From Rhynchopus sp. YZ270_cl-10 (Eukaryota), in the NCBI GenBank assembly GCA_964035575.1, contig OZ037842.1, positions 1,794,173-1,814,172 on the forward strand: a DNA stretch of 20,000 bases, read 5' to 3'. The translations under genes were made by a program, and so were the position numbers. This document shows, piece by piece, positions 9,166 to 19,662 of the stretch. Within the stretch, counting starts at the first letter, position 1. The number at the start of each line of letters is the position of its first letter. Below the pieces are notes generated by a model that had not been told where the DNA came from, did not search any database, and saw nothing but the letters and a program-made list of their open reading frames with translations.

Positions 9166-12100
9166 ACAGGAGCAACAACATAAGCTGCATCAACAGCAGT
9201 AGCAGGAGCACCAACAGCAGGAGCGGCAGCTACAACAGCTTCCTCATCAGTGGCAGGAGCCCCCTTCCCCCCCTTTTTTACCCCAAAAAGAGGCCTCTTG
9301 AGCCCAACAACCCAAGCAGCTGCAGCTTTGATAGCAGCAACAAAAACGTGTGTGGAGGCAACAAAGCAAAGAACTGTTGTCATAACAACCCACACCCCCC
9401 TTCCCCCCATGATATCCCCAAAAAGAGGCAATGTATGCCCAACCACATCAGTGGCTGCAACTGTGATAGCAGCAAAAACGAAATCTTCGGAGTCCTGGGT
9501 GGGGTCCCAGTATCACCCCTGGTGTGCAGCAGCAGCAGTTCCAAAGGCCTTTACAGCAGCAGTTCCAACAGCAGGCTCTACAGCTTTTTCACCAGCAGTT
9601 CCAAAGGCTTCTGCAGCAGCGGTTCCAACAGCAGGTCCAACAGCAGTTCCAACAGCAGGCACAACAGCAGTTTAAACAGCAGTTCCAACGGCTTCTGCAG
9701 CAGCAGTTCCACGAGCGTTTCCAAAAGCAGTTCCAGCAGCAGTTCCAGCAGCAGTTCCAACAGCAGGCACAACAGCAGTTTCAACTGCAGTTCCAAAGAC
9801 TTCTGCAGCAGCAGCTCCAACGGCAGGTCCATCAGCAGTTCCAACAGCAGGCTCAACAACAGCAGTTTCAACAGCAAGGACTTCTGCGGCAGCAGCTCTA
9901 ACGGCAGGTCCAACAGCAGTTCCAACAGTAGGCTTAACAGCAGTTTCAACAGCAGTTCCACAGACTTCTGCAGCAGCGGTTCCAACAGCAGGTCCAACAG
10001 CAGGTCCAGCAGCAGTTCCAACAGCAGGCACAACAGCAGTTTCAACTGTAGTTCCAAAGACTTCTGCAGCAGCAGCTCCAACGGCAGGTCCATCAGCAGT
10101 TCCAACAGCAGGCTCAACAACAGCAGTTTCAACAGCAGTTCCAATGGCTTCTGCAGCAGCAGTTCCAACAGCGTTTCCAAAAGCAGTTCCAGCAACAGGC
10201 ACAACAGCAGGCACAACAGCAGTTTCATCAGCAAGGACTTCTGCGGCAGCAGCTCTAACGGCAGGTCCAACAGCAGTTCCAACAGTAGGCTTAACAGCAG
10301 TTTCAACAGCAGTTCCACAGACTTCTGCAGCAGCGGTTCCAACAGCGTCTCCAAAAGCAGTTCCAGCAGCAGTTCCAACAGCAGGCACAACAGCAGTTTC
10401 AACTGCAGTTCCAAAGACTTCTGCAGCAGCAGTTCCAACAGCAGGTCCAACAGCAGCACCAACATCAACAGCAGACGCAGCAACAACATCAGCGACAACA
10501 ACCTAGGGGGTGGTGAGCGAGGTATGCTGGTGTTCGGGGTCAGCCTTGCGGGGCGAGAAGGACAGAGTGGCTGTGTGATGATGCGGGTGTGGCAAAAGGG
10601 GTGTGTACAGATAGAGTTTTGGTTCGACTGGTGGTGCAACCTCTGGGAGGTCTTCACCTCCTTGCGTCAGCCTGACCCCTGCTGGGTAGCCGAGGCACCT
10701 GAGTGGGGAGTGTTTGTGTCGTTCGCGGTCCTGGATCTGTGGAAGGACAGACGCGCCCCTACCCTCAGTCATCTCATTTTGTGGCTGGTGGGCAGGAGGA
10801 CCAGGAGGACGCGACGAGGACACCGGTCCTTGAACTGGACCAAGTCACAGGCGGGCAGGCTCCGTCGGCGCAAGGCGCCCTGCAATCGTCCGCCCTCCCC
10901 GGCAGCGCACCCAGTTTTCCGCAGGATCAGGGTCGCCGATGCGTTGAGAGGTGCTTTGCAGTGTGTGGCCATCTGGGTTCTGGTTTTTGTGGGGTCTGAG
11001 CTTGGGAGGTCAGCGCCACATGCTTTGGGTTGTGCGCTGTTTCGGGACGCGGAGGTGCTGGGGGTGGGTCTGCTGCGGGGACTGTTCCGCGCACGCAGGG
11101 GGTGGCGGTGGCTGGAAGGGGCGAGCGAGCGAGTGCACCGATGGACCGGAGGGATCCGAGTGGCTGCCAGCTTGGTGAGAGCCAGTGTGATGGGGGTGGG
11201 TCAGTTGTCGGTGCGTGCAGCCGAGTGGGTGTGGGTTGCATGGTCCGCAGGTGGTTGTTTGGCGGGTTTTGTGGCACTGGTCGGCGTCGCGCGCCCACTT
11301 GGCTGGGTTCTTCTCTTGGAGGTGCGCCGTGTGGCAGCACGCAGGTGGACTCGTAGGATCGGGATGGCATTTGGCATGCTGGCGGTGTCCCTACTGGTCT
11401 TGCTGTCGTTGTTGTGGCGAGCGGTGACGCCCTGGGACCTGCGCCCTGCCCCTGCTGATCCGGAGCACCCGGTAAGCTTGTCCCCGTTTGCGTTGACCGG
11501 TGGGTGCGCAAACGTGAACGCTCCTGCGTATACAGAGCAGGCGGTGTCTGTGGACGCGACTCTGGCGAAGTTTGGAGCTAAACGCATCCCCAACGTGTCT
11601 ACTAATGATTGTGGTTATGTGGCACTACACCTCTGGGACCACGACACGCAGCCGGACGTGAGGGCAATGCGCAAGCAGCTGTATGACACAGCAGTGGAGG
11701 TGTCGAACCGCCTGGTGCAGGTGCTGGGGTCGCAGGAGGCCATGACGGAGTTTGCCAATGGTGTGACCGGCGAGGCCCACCTCAACCACTTGGGGCTTCA
11801 GCTCACCGCGACAGCATCCCGCATCAACATCGTGGTGGTGCAGGCATCGGAAGAGAACCCCCTCGTGCGCATCACCCCTGGTAGCAAAAGAGTCGCCAAG
11901 TCGTACGCGGAGAGCTTCCAAGCGAAACTTCCCACGGTCGTCATCGCTCTCTGTGACTCTCACTTTGAGGCAGTGGAGCTTGTCCCGGAGGTGGGGAAGA
12001 CCAAGGAGGGGATGGCAGAGAAGATGAGGAAGGAGGCTCGGCAGGCAGTGCTGGACACAGCGCATTTGGATGGCATCATCCCCACCAACACCACCACCAC

Positions 12101-13509
12101 CGCCCCCCTGGCTACCAAGCTGGGACACATCAATGCGGATCGGGTGTTCTGCCCCTTTGATGGATGCAGAGCGGGAATTTTGTCTTCGAGTGATGCGGTC
12201 GGGGGCCTGTCTCGTAAGGGCTTGCTGCAGCACATGCGTCGCCACCAGGCCGATGGGGCGTACATCCCCGACGAGCTGTTGGGCCACTTGGGCATGTCGC
12301 GCTGTGCGAACGATCAGTGCGACATGCTATTGCCGCAGAGCAAGGAGGTCTGCAACACCTGTACGGTGCACTTTGGCGAAGAAGGCTTCACCGCTCCGTC
12401 TCCCTCCAGTCGAGGAATGCTGACAGATCAGGATGACCTCCCCTCCTTTGAAGTCATGGGGACCACCAGGATCCAGCTGAAGGGCGGGTGCCCAGACAAA
12501 CACCTACAGCTGTACAGCGAGCTCTTCCTGAGGGTCCTCATGGACATCCTGGAGTACCAGGACGAGGTGGCCTGGAAGCGCCTTGCACTGTTCTTCACAG
12601 TGTTGCACCGGACACGGACAGAACGAGGGGGCAAGGACCAGGAGCGACGTTTGACGAGCACCTGGGGGAAGGACTTGGAGGCTTGGAAGGCTGGCCAGTA
12701 TGTCGCCCTGTGGGAGCAAACGGTAGAGGAGCGGAAGCCAAGGCCCTCTGGGTGGCCGGATGAAGACACTGACGAAGGGAGACGGAAGCGCACCATCGCC
12801 AAAGCGAGAGCAGGACTCCCGAGCCAGGCCATGTCTTGCGCTACCAGCGACGGCCTCGCCCCACAGACACCGGCGACGCTGGAAAAGCTTCAGACGAAGC
12901 ACCCAGCCGCTGCCGACTCCAAGGCCCTGGAGCAGGCGGATTGGCCCCAGCCTCAGGAGGTCCCACCGGTGACAGTGGTGGAGGTGATGAAGGCCCTGCG
13001 GAGCATGCCGAAGTCATCGGCGGCGGGTCCCTCGAACGTGACGGGCGCGCACCTTCGTACACTTTGCCTACAGAGGCGGGCTAAGGGCACTTTGGCAGCG
13101 CTGGCCGCAGTGTTGACGTCTTTGGCACGAGGAAATGCTCCAGTGGAGGTGGCTGAGTTCTTCGCCGGCGCTAACTTGGTGGCTCTCCGGAAGCCTGCAA
13201 AGGGGCCGGGCCTGGAGGAGGACGTGCGACCGATTGCGGTTGGGGACACTCTCCGCAGACTGGTGGGAAAGATTCTGTCGGCGCGAGTGCGGGTGCCTGC
13301 TAGGACGCTTCTTCTTCGAGGGAACCAGGTGGGGGTGGCAACGGCAAGGGGGGCGGCAGTGGCGACGGATGTTATCTCGCAGTACGCCGTGCGCAACCGC
13401 GGAAAAGGTAAAGTCATTTTGAAAATTGACTACCGTAACGCGTTCAACTGCGTAGACCGCCTGTCGATGCTAAGAGCGGTCGACGCGAACCTCCCCGAGC
13501 TGGCCCCAT
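8625..13509 (+). CDS. Retrotransposon polyprotein, N-terminal part: signal-like peptide, Ser/Asn-rich region, hydrophobic segments, OTU-like domain, zinc fingers, RT subdomains 0-3
   Basis: ATG 8625 (MRRKALLGALWVVLHVCI). OTU-like NDCGYVAL (Cys 11610) ... SHFEAV (His 11961). C2H2 CPFDGC...LLQHMRRH (12150-12245). RT motifs SAAGPS, RPIAVGDTLRRLVGK, LKIDYRNAFNCVDR. The frame is broken by the 52-bp duplication. Confidence 0.82.
8677..10500 (+). repeat. Low-complexity AGC/AAC trinucleotide region with higher-order repeats, inside the element ORF
   Basis: (AGCAGCAAC)n runs, four copies of ...CTACACCAGCTGCAACTGCAGC at ~81-87-bp spacing (8814-9090), and repeated CAGCAGTTCCAA units (9530-10450). Confidence 0.9.
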
Positions 13510-13561
13510 CGCCTGTCGATGCTAAGAGCGGTCGACGCGAACCTCCCCGAGCTGGCCCCAT
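13458..13561 (+). repeat. Exact 52-bp tandem duplication that frameshifts the RT
   Basis: CGCCTGTCGATGCTAAGAGCGGTCGACGCGAACCTCCCCGAGCTGGCCCCAT at 13458-13509 and 13510-13561. Confidence 0.97.
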
Positions 13562-16500
13562 GGGTGCGATGGTGTTACCTGGAGCCCTCCAGCCTGTTTT
13601 ATGGTGGAGATACCATAAGGTCACAGCGCGGAGCTCAACAAGGAGATCCCTTGGGCCCGCTTCTCTTCTCCCTGACCATCCACCAGATGGCGCTAGAGCT
13701 GAAGGGGCACCCAGGCCTGGATGGGACTTTGTGGTACCTCGATGACGGCTCTCTGCGGGGGTCCCCTAAGGCGGTTTTTGAGGCGTACCAGGTTCTGCGC
13801 ACTCGTAGCTCCGAACTGGGGTTGGAGGTGAACGCGAACAAGTGTGAGCTCATCTCCACTGGTGGCGTCTCCACGGAGGAGCTCAAGGCGGTGGGGTTCA
13901 CGTTGACCGAGGGTGGACAGGACGCCATGGGTGAAGGCGGGTTCCGGCTGTTGGATGTGGATGGGTTCGATTTCTTGGGCATCCCCATTGGGTCTGCGGC
14001 ATTCTGCGAGGAGTACATGGCCCGGAAGGTGGACGATTCCCGCCGCAACCTGGAAGCCCTTGTGGACCTCGGGGACTCCCAGGCAGCCTTCTACGTACTG
14101 AGATACTGCGAAGGCTACTGCCGCATGGTGTTCTACATGCGGGGGATCCCACAGTGCGCGGAGTACCTGACGGCCTTTGACGACCTGATCGACAGGTGCC
14201 TGGCTGCGCTTCTGCATGACCCGGATGGGGCGCTGCCGGAGTTGGCAAGGGCGCAGGCGGCGCTTCCTGTGGCGCTTGGGGGGCTGGGTATCCGTCGCAC
14301 AGTGGACCATCGGACGGCTGCGTCCCTCGCCTCTCAGTCAGGGAACCTGCAACTGTCGCAGGCCTTGGACCCTGCCTTCACCTGGGATGAGGAGAGATGG
14401 AACAGCGCAGCTGAGGAGTACAACTCCAGGGTACCGGTGGCGTTTCACGTGGACAGGGCCCAGCCGAAGAAGATCCTGGAGCAGCAGAGTCTGTCATCTG
14501 CGGTGATTGACGCCCAGGCAGACAAGTTGATGCAACAGCTCTGCATGCGAGACCGAGCACGGATGAAGTCCCTTCTCCTGCCGCTTTCTGGGACGTACCT
14601 CACGGCGACACCATCAGCAAGGAACCAGATGTCTTCAGCGGATTTTGCGGTTGTGACCCGTTTCCGACTAGGGGTGGCCATCCATGCGGAGGGAACGACT
14701 TGCTCGGCATGTCAGGGGGGGCAGAAAAGGGTTGTCATGGACTCCTTTGGCGACCACACCTTTGGCTGCCCCTACTCCAAACACCGCGTCGCCCGCCACA
14801 ACGCCTTGCGGGATTCGGTGTACAGAGCGGCTCAAGGGGCGGGCTTGGACCCTGCTTTGGAGGAGACCGTGCGAGTGGAGTTGGAGTCTAAGAAGCGGCC
14901 AGGCGATGTCTACCTCCCAGTAGGAGTGGCGGAAAATGGACCTCGTTGTTTGGACATCACCCACGTGTGCCCCACCTTGCCTTCCTACAGAACAGGGGCC
15001 TCGAAGTTTGTGGGCTGGTCGGCGAAGAACCAGGGCCAGGTCAAACGGGAGAAGCACGAGCGGGATTTGAACAAGATCAACACCAAGTTCTCCCCTATTG
15101 TGTTTGAAGCCTTCGGGGGTGCAGGCGACGAGGCGAACCTCTTGATTGCGCAGCTTGGAGGCCTGACGACGGGACAGACGTCGCACCTAACAGGGTCGGC
15201 AGAGTTGCGCATCCGGGAGAGCATTGCGGTGGCGTACCAGAAAAAGGTCGCATCTTCCTTTCTGGAGCGGGGTGCTATGTGTGTAGGGATTGCCACCCTG
15301 AAGCGGGAGCCGTGTGTGGAGGTAGATGTGGCACCGTCTGCAGAGGACATGGACCGGTTTGGACGCCGCAGTGCAGGGGCTGTGGAACCTCTCTGTGATG
15401 ATGCGAACCCTGACGACGATATGAGTCGTCCTGCTCCAGACCGGTCGGAGGAGCAGCAGGGGAAGCGCAAGAGGGACGTGAAGCCGGACCACGTGGAGCC
15501 ACCGAGGAAGCGGACCGGGAGGTTTGATTCGGCTACCGTGATTCCGGAAGGGCCGGGTCTCGATGTGGTGCGTGAGTGGGAGTTTTTGCGTGAGTGCCCG
15601 GCAGCGCAGAGGCCTCGGGCGACGGAACAGGCGGCCAAGCTGGGAGCCTCGAAGGTGACTTGGTCGTTTGTGGCGGGGGACTGTGCTTTTGAGGCTTTGC
15701 TCTTCGCCACCGGGCGCACGGATTTGTCGGTGGAGGGTCTGCGCCAGGCGGCAGTGAAGAAGGTCCAGGGCCGCGCTGATCTGTCGAGTGCGGCTGTCCC
15801 TAATTTTGGGGTCTGGCAGCGGCTGATGACGAGTGGGGACAGAGGAGACCAGCGAACGTGGGCGGATGCCATTGCAGTGGCGGGGGCAGGGGAGGCTCTT
15901 GAGGTATCTGTGGTCATCCTCAACGAGTTCGCCCGCCCTTCTCTGATGGTGCCAAGAAAACGGCCTAAGGCAGTGGTCCTTCTCCTCCACTCGGGTGACC
16001 AGGATGCGGCAGATGGATCCGGCAGTATCCCGGGACACTACGAGCCCCTCACCATGGACCCGGCTCTGCAGCAGCACATCCTGTCTTTTGAGGCCACAGG
16101 TGGTAAGGGGGAGTGCCAGTCAGAGCGCCCCATGGCTTTTGTGGGAGCGAGGGAGGCGGAGGCGTCGAACACTTTCCTGCAGTGCGAACAATGCAGCAAG
16201 CTCTTCGATGCGTCGGACGCACACTTCTGCTGTCACACGTGTGGTGGCTTGGCATGTCTGCACTGCGCTCAGGGGTCCAAGCACTGCCCTCTGTCGCAAA
16301 TTGGCAGGGCGGAATACTTCAGTGCCCTGTCTTTTTTGCACTCGAATGTTCCGGCTCAGGCTGCCTCTGCGGAGGGGAGCGGAGACCCACCACCTAAACG
16401 GGCTCCTTCTCCAGCAGTGCCAGCTCCCGAGGGCGAGGACGTCGAGGAGGTAGACACGCCAATGGCGGGCGAAGAGGGGCAGCAGGCAGAACAGAAGCAG

Positions 16501-18291
16501 CAGAAGCACGAGAAGCAACGGAAACAGCAGAAGCAGCAACAACAAAAGGCGGACCAGGATAAGAAGGAAGCGTTGCAGCGTGCGTCGGACGCGTGGCAGC
16601 AAGCCCTGGAGGTACGGCGGGAGCATCGTCGGTCGTGGGGACCGGATTTGGCCGCGCTTCGGGGCACTTTTGGCGACCGCCAGCAGGAGTTGAGTCGTTT
16701 CCTGGAGGAACAGAATGTGCGTCTGGACCAGGCGAAGGCGGCGGACAGGCATCGTGTGGAGGAGCTGACCGCCAGGCACAAGCGGGAACTCGCAGAGGAC
16801 GCGAAGAGGATGCATGCGCAGTACTTGGAAGACTGCGATCGGCACCCCGAAGCAGGAGAGTCGCTCCGGGCGGAGTATGACAGGCAACGCTGCGAGAGGC
16901 ATTACGCCATCGCAGCTAAGCATGAGTCGGAGCAGAAGGCGACCACTCTGTTGTTGACGGCGGTGAACCTCTCCCGACAGCTGGAGGCGGAACGCATGGT
17001 GGCATACGGGCGGTGCTTTGGGGTGGTGTGCGAAGGGCGGCTATTCCTCCCCTGCCATGCGGTGCGGAGAGCGGTGGGCGACGACCCTGAAGGACTCGAA
17101 CCTGACTGTGTCGGCGACTGGATGGCTCTCTTTGGTCCTCAAGGTGCTTCTCCGTGCCCGGGCGAGTTCCTGTACTGCTGGGCGACACAGCAGCCGTGGA
17201 GTGGGAACGGGGAGGGGGACGGTGATTGCCCGGAGTCGGTGGTCGCCCGTCAGGCGGTTAGGAAGATAGCAGGGGAGGCCGGATACTGCGACACCTGGGG
17301 CAAGACCAGCGCGGTCATCGTCGTTCGGGAAGGCAGGGTCAGCTGGGGAACCCCTTCTCGGGATCAGCTGGAGGAGGAGGTGGGGCGACAGGCCGAGGCG
17401 GCAGACACCGAGGTGCGTGTGAAGGTGGAGGAGATGGATGATGATGAGCAGGAGCAGGAGGAGGACCTCGACACCGCGATGGAGGGGGCGGATCGCTCGC
17501 ATCCTCTGTCAGTGGAAGGCATCCCTGACCAGAAGAAGCAAGCGAGGGTGAGGGAATTGCTGAGGGCGCAGAGCGAGGCTTGGATGTGGACGGAGGAGGA
17601 GCGGACGGAGAGGGGGGGTCTTTTCCCGTGCCTCACCATGGGGTCGCCGGTGCCTTCTTCTGTGACGAAGTGGATCTCCCTGTTCCACTACCGTCAGGGA
17701 GAGAAACAGGATGGCAGACCCTTGTTGTCACTCCCCCTCTCTACCGCTACTTTCACTCAGTGGTATGAGGTGATGAAGGTGGTGGGTTTGCATGAGTGGT
17801 CGGTTCAGGAAAAGTGCAAGGCAAAGTCGACGTTGCATGCCCTGACGGACAACCGGAGCAGTAGGGGGCAGGCCTTTGCAGCGGAGAGTACAAGGAGGGA
17901 GAATGAGGCACGAGCGGCTCGAGAGGGAATAGGCCGACAACCTCAAGCCTCCTCTTCTTCTTCTTCTTCCTCCACCTCTGCAGGCCGTGGCACTACAACC
18001 TCCATCGCCCAACCTGCAGTCTCCACTTCTTCCTCCTCCTCATCGGCAGGCCGTGGCAATGCAACCTCCTCCGCCCAACCTGCTCCTTCCCCAGCTCCCA
18101 AAGGACCCCAGCGCCATGCAGCTCAGGGTAGGTCCAACACGTCGAACGTGTTCACCGACGCAGTGGCACAAGCGACGCAGCATGTGCTCTCGCCCCAGGA
18201 GGTGCAGAGAGGGCGCAATGGTCGCGGTGGTGGACAGAAGGGGAGACAGAGCGGAGGAAGGAAGGGGAAAAAGGGGAATAAAAAGAATTAG
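13510..18291 (+). CDS. Retrotransposon polyprotein, C-terminal part: RT core, CCHC + REL endonuclease, second OTU-like domain, Cys-rich finger, coiled coil, basic tail
   Basis: GAQQGDPLGPLLF, WYLDDG (13732-13749), FLGIPIG, GGLG. CSAC...GDHTFGC, RHNALRD, RPGD, LDITH, KREKH. OTU-like GDCAFEAL (Cys 15682) ... TWAD ... GHYEPL (His 16036). CEQC..CHTC..CLHC. Stop TAG at 18289-18291. Confidence 0.9.
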   Translation, partial: RLSMLRAVDANLPELAPWVRWCYLEPSSLFYGGDTIRSQRGAQQGDPLGPLLFSLTIHQMALELKGHPGLDGTLWYLDDGSLRGSPKAVFEAYQVLRTRSSELGLEVNANKCELISTGGVSTEELKAVGFTLTEGGQDAMGEGGFRLLDVDGFDFLGIPIGSAAFCEEYMARKVDDSRRNLEALVDLGDSQAAFYVLRYCEGYCRMVFYMRGIPQCAEYLTAFDDLIDRCLAALLHDPDGALPELARAQAALPVALGGLGIRRTVDHRTAASLASQSGNLQLSQALDPAFTWDEERWNSAAEEYNSRVPVAFHVDRAQPKKILEQQSLSSAVIDAQADKLMQQLCMRDRARMKSLLLPLSGTYLTATPSARNQMSSADFAVVTRFRLGVAIHAEGTTCSACQGGQKRVVMDSFGDHTFGCPYSKHRVARHNALRDSVYRAAQGAGLDPALEETVRVELESKKRPGDVYLPVGVAENGPRCLDITHVCPTLPSYRTGASKFVGWSAKNQGQVKREKHERDLNKINTKFSPIVFEAFGGAGDEANLLIAQLGGLTTGQTSHLTGSAELRIRESIAVAYQKKVASSFLERGAMCVGIATLKREPCVEVDVAPSAEDMDRFGRRSAGAVEPLCDDANPDDDMSRPAPDRSEEQQGKRKRDVKPDHVEPPRKRTGRFDSATVIPEGPGLDVVREWEFLRECPAAQRPRATEQAAKLGASKVTWSFVAGDCAFEALLFATGRTDLSVEGLRQAAVKKVQGRADLSSAAVPNFGVWQRLMTSGDRGDQRTWADAIAVAGAGEALEVSVVILNEFARPSLMVPRKRPKAVVLLLHSGDQDAADGSGSIPGHYEPLTMDPALQQHILSFEATGGKGECQSERPMAFVGAREAEASNTFLQCEQCSKLFDASDAHFCCHTCGGLACLHCAQGSKHCPLSQIGRAEYFSALSFLHSNVPAQAASAEGSGDPPPKRAPSPAVPAPEGEDVEEVDTPMAGEEGQQAEQKQQKHEKQRKQQKQQQQKADQDKKEALQRASDAWQQALEVRREHRRSWGPDLAALRGTFGDRQQELSRFLEEQNVRLDQAKAADRHRVEELTARHKRELAEDAKRMHAQYLEDCDRHPEAGESLRAEYDRQRCERHYAIAAKHESEQKATTLLLTAVNLSRQLEAERMVAYGRCFGVVCEGRLFLPCHAVRRAVGDDPEGLEPDCVGDWMALFGPQGASPCPGEFLYCWATQQPWSGNGEGDGDCPESVVARQAVRKIAGEAGYCDTWGKTSAVIVVREGRVSWGTPSRDQLEEEVGRQAEAADTEVRVKVEEMDDDEQEQEEDLDTAMEGADRSHPLSVEGIPDQKKQARVRELLRAQSEAWMWTEEERTERGGLFPCLTMGSPVPSSVTKWISLFHYRQGEKQDGRPLLSLPLSTATFTQWYEVMKVVGLHEWSVQEKCKAKSTLHALTDNRSSRGQAFAAESTRRENEARAAREGIGRQPQASSSSSSSSTSAGRGTTTSIAQPAVSTSSSSSSAGRGNATSSAQPAPSPAPKGPQRHAAQGRSNTSNVFTDAVAQATQHVLSPQEVQRGRNGRGGGQKGRQSGGRKGKKGNKKN

Positions 18292-19277
18292 AGAGCTAGA
18301 GAGTTAGAGGGTGAGAGTGTGTGTGTAGAAGCGTGTAGAGAATGACAGTTTGCCCCATGTTTATTTTTAACCCTTTTTATTTTGTGTTTTTTGTTCTTTT
18401 CATCCTTTGGGGTTTGCCCCCCCTTTCCCCCCTTTCCGCCCCCCTTCCTATTTGTTAATATTTTTGGTTGGCTGCTGGCTAGGACGGGTCTACCCCAGCG
18501 ACGGCCCGTACCCCTTGGACGAGGCTCTGAGGGTAGAGGGCAGTCTCGGAGTAAGACCTGTCTAAGAGCCAGGCCAGTGGCATCAGGAGCCATTGGGCCA
18601 CTTTTATAGATTGTGCAGTAGAGTAGAGTTTGTACAGAACTCTTGTCCTTTGAGTTCCTTTTTTCACTCCTTTAGTTTTTCATTTTTACCTTGTGAAGGT
18701 CAATTTCAATTTTTCATTTTTCAAAACCACCACAGGTAAGCACGAGACCCACCATTGTTGTTGTTGATTTTGTTGTGCGTTATTGTTGTTTTCCCCTTTG
18801 GGTGTCAGTCAGTCGGGTCAGGTCACACTTACTGAAGTTCTCAAAAATTTTCACCAAAAAGAAAACTACTAAAAAGATTATGGAACTTCCTTTTTATTTG
18901 TTTGTGTGTTACAGAGGAAACGGCTCACTCAATCCCCTCCTTCTCCTCCCCTCCCCTCCCCAAGACAAAGCAAAATAAAACTACACCGGTAGACAGAGCA
19001 ACCCTCCCGTCCCATCCCCTCCCCTTTTCCTTTTGGGAAAAATTGCACTCACATACGACCCTTTTGCTTATTTGCAGGGAAGTGTTGGTTGTAGTTGTCC
19101 CACATGCTTTCTATTTTAGTGCCACTAACTGTGTTTTCAGGCACTGTCTTGCCAGTACAATAGTAAAGTGCCCTTGTCTGGACATCTAGCTGTTTACATA
19201 CTCGCTTGACTAGTAAGTACCCCCTCTGTCACTGGATGTAGATAAAAAAAGCGAGCCTAGGGCTAAGTTGAACAACA

Positions 19278-19278
<1 letters not shown>

Positions 19279-19320
<42 letters not shown>
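19279..19320 (+). repeat. Poly(A) tail of the retroelement (42 A)
   Basis: Pure A run about 990 nt after the ORF stop. Confidence 0.85.
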
Positions 19321-19322
<2 letters not shown>

Positions 19323-19662
19323 TTTTAGTAGTTTTCTTTTTGGTGAAAATTTTTGAGAACTTCTGTAAGTGTGACCTGACCCGACTGACTGACACCCAAA
19401 GGGGAAAACAACAATAACGCACAACAAAATCAACAACAACAATGGTGGGTCTCGTGCTTACCTGTGGTGGTTTTGAAAAATGAAAAATTGAAATTGACCT
19501 TCACAAGGTAAAAATGAAAAACTAAAGGAGTGAAAAAGAAACTCAAAGGACAAGAGTTCTGTACAAACTCTACTCTACTGCACAATCTATAAAAGTGGCC
19601 CAATGGCTCCTGATGCCACTGGCCTGGCTCTTAGACAGGTCTTACTCCAAGACTGCCCTCTA

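Larger units (their letters stand above)
8368..19320 (+). mobile_element. Full-length non-LTR retrotransposon, CRE/SLACS-like (RT + restriction-like endonuclease), ~11 kb
   Basis: 5' ribozyme, single long ORF with RT and REL motifs, ~1-kb 3' UTR, poly(A) at 19279-19320. No target-site duplication identified. Confidence 0.88.

Noticed and set aside
8576..10657. Poly-Gln, poly-Ala/Thr and antisense Leu-rich ORFs
   Set aside because: Alternative frames of the AGC/AAC repeats. The sense alternatives are interrupted by stops, whereas the Ser/Asn frame is continuous with the RT.
10769..18012. Numerous antisense and alternate-frame ORFs over the retroelement
   Set aside because: Expected shadows of a GC-rich coding sequence, with no recognisable motifs.
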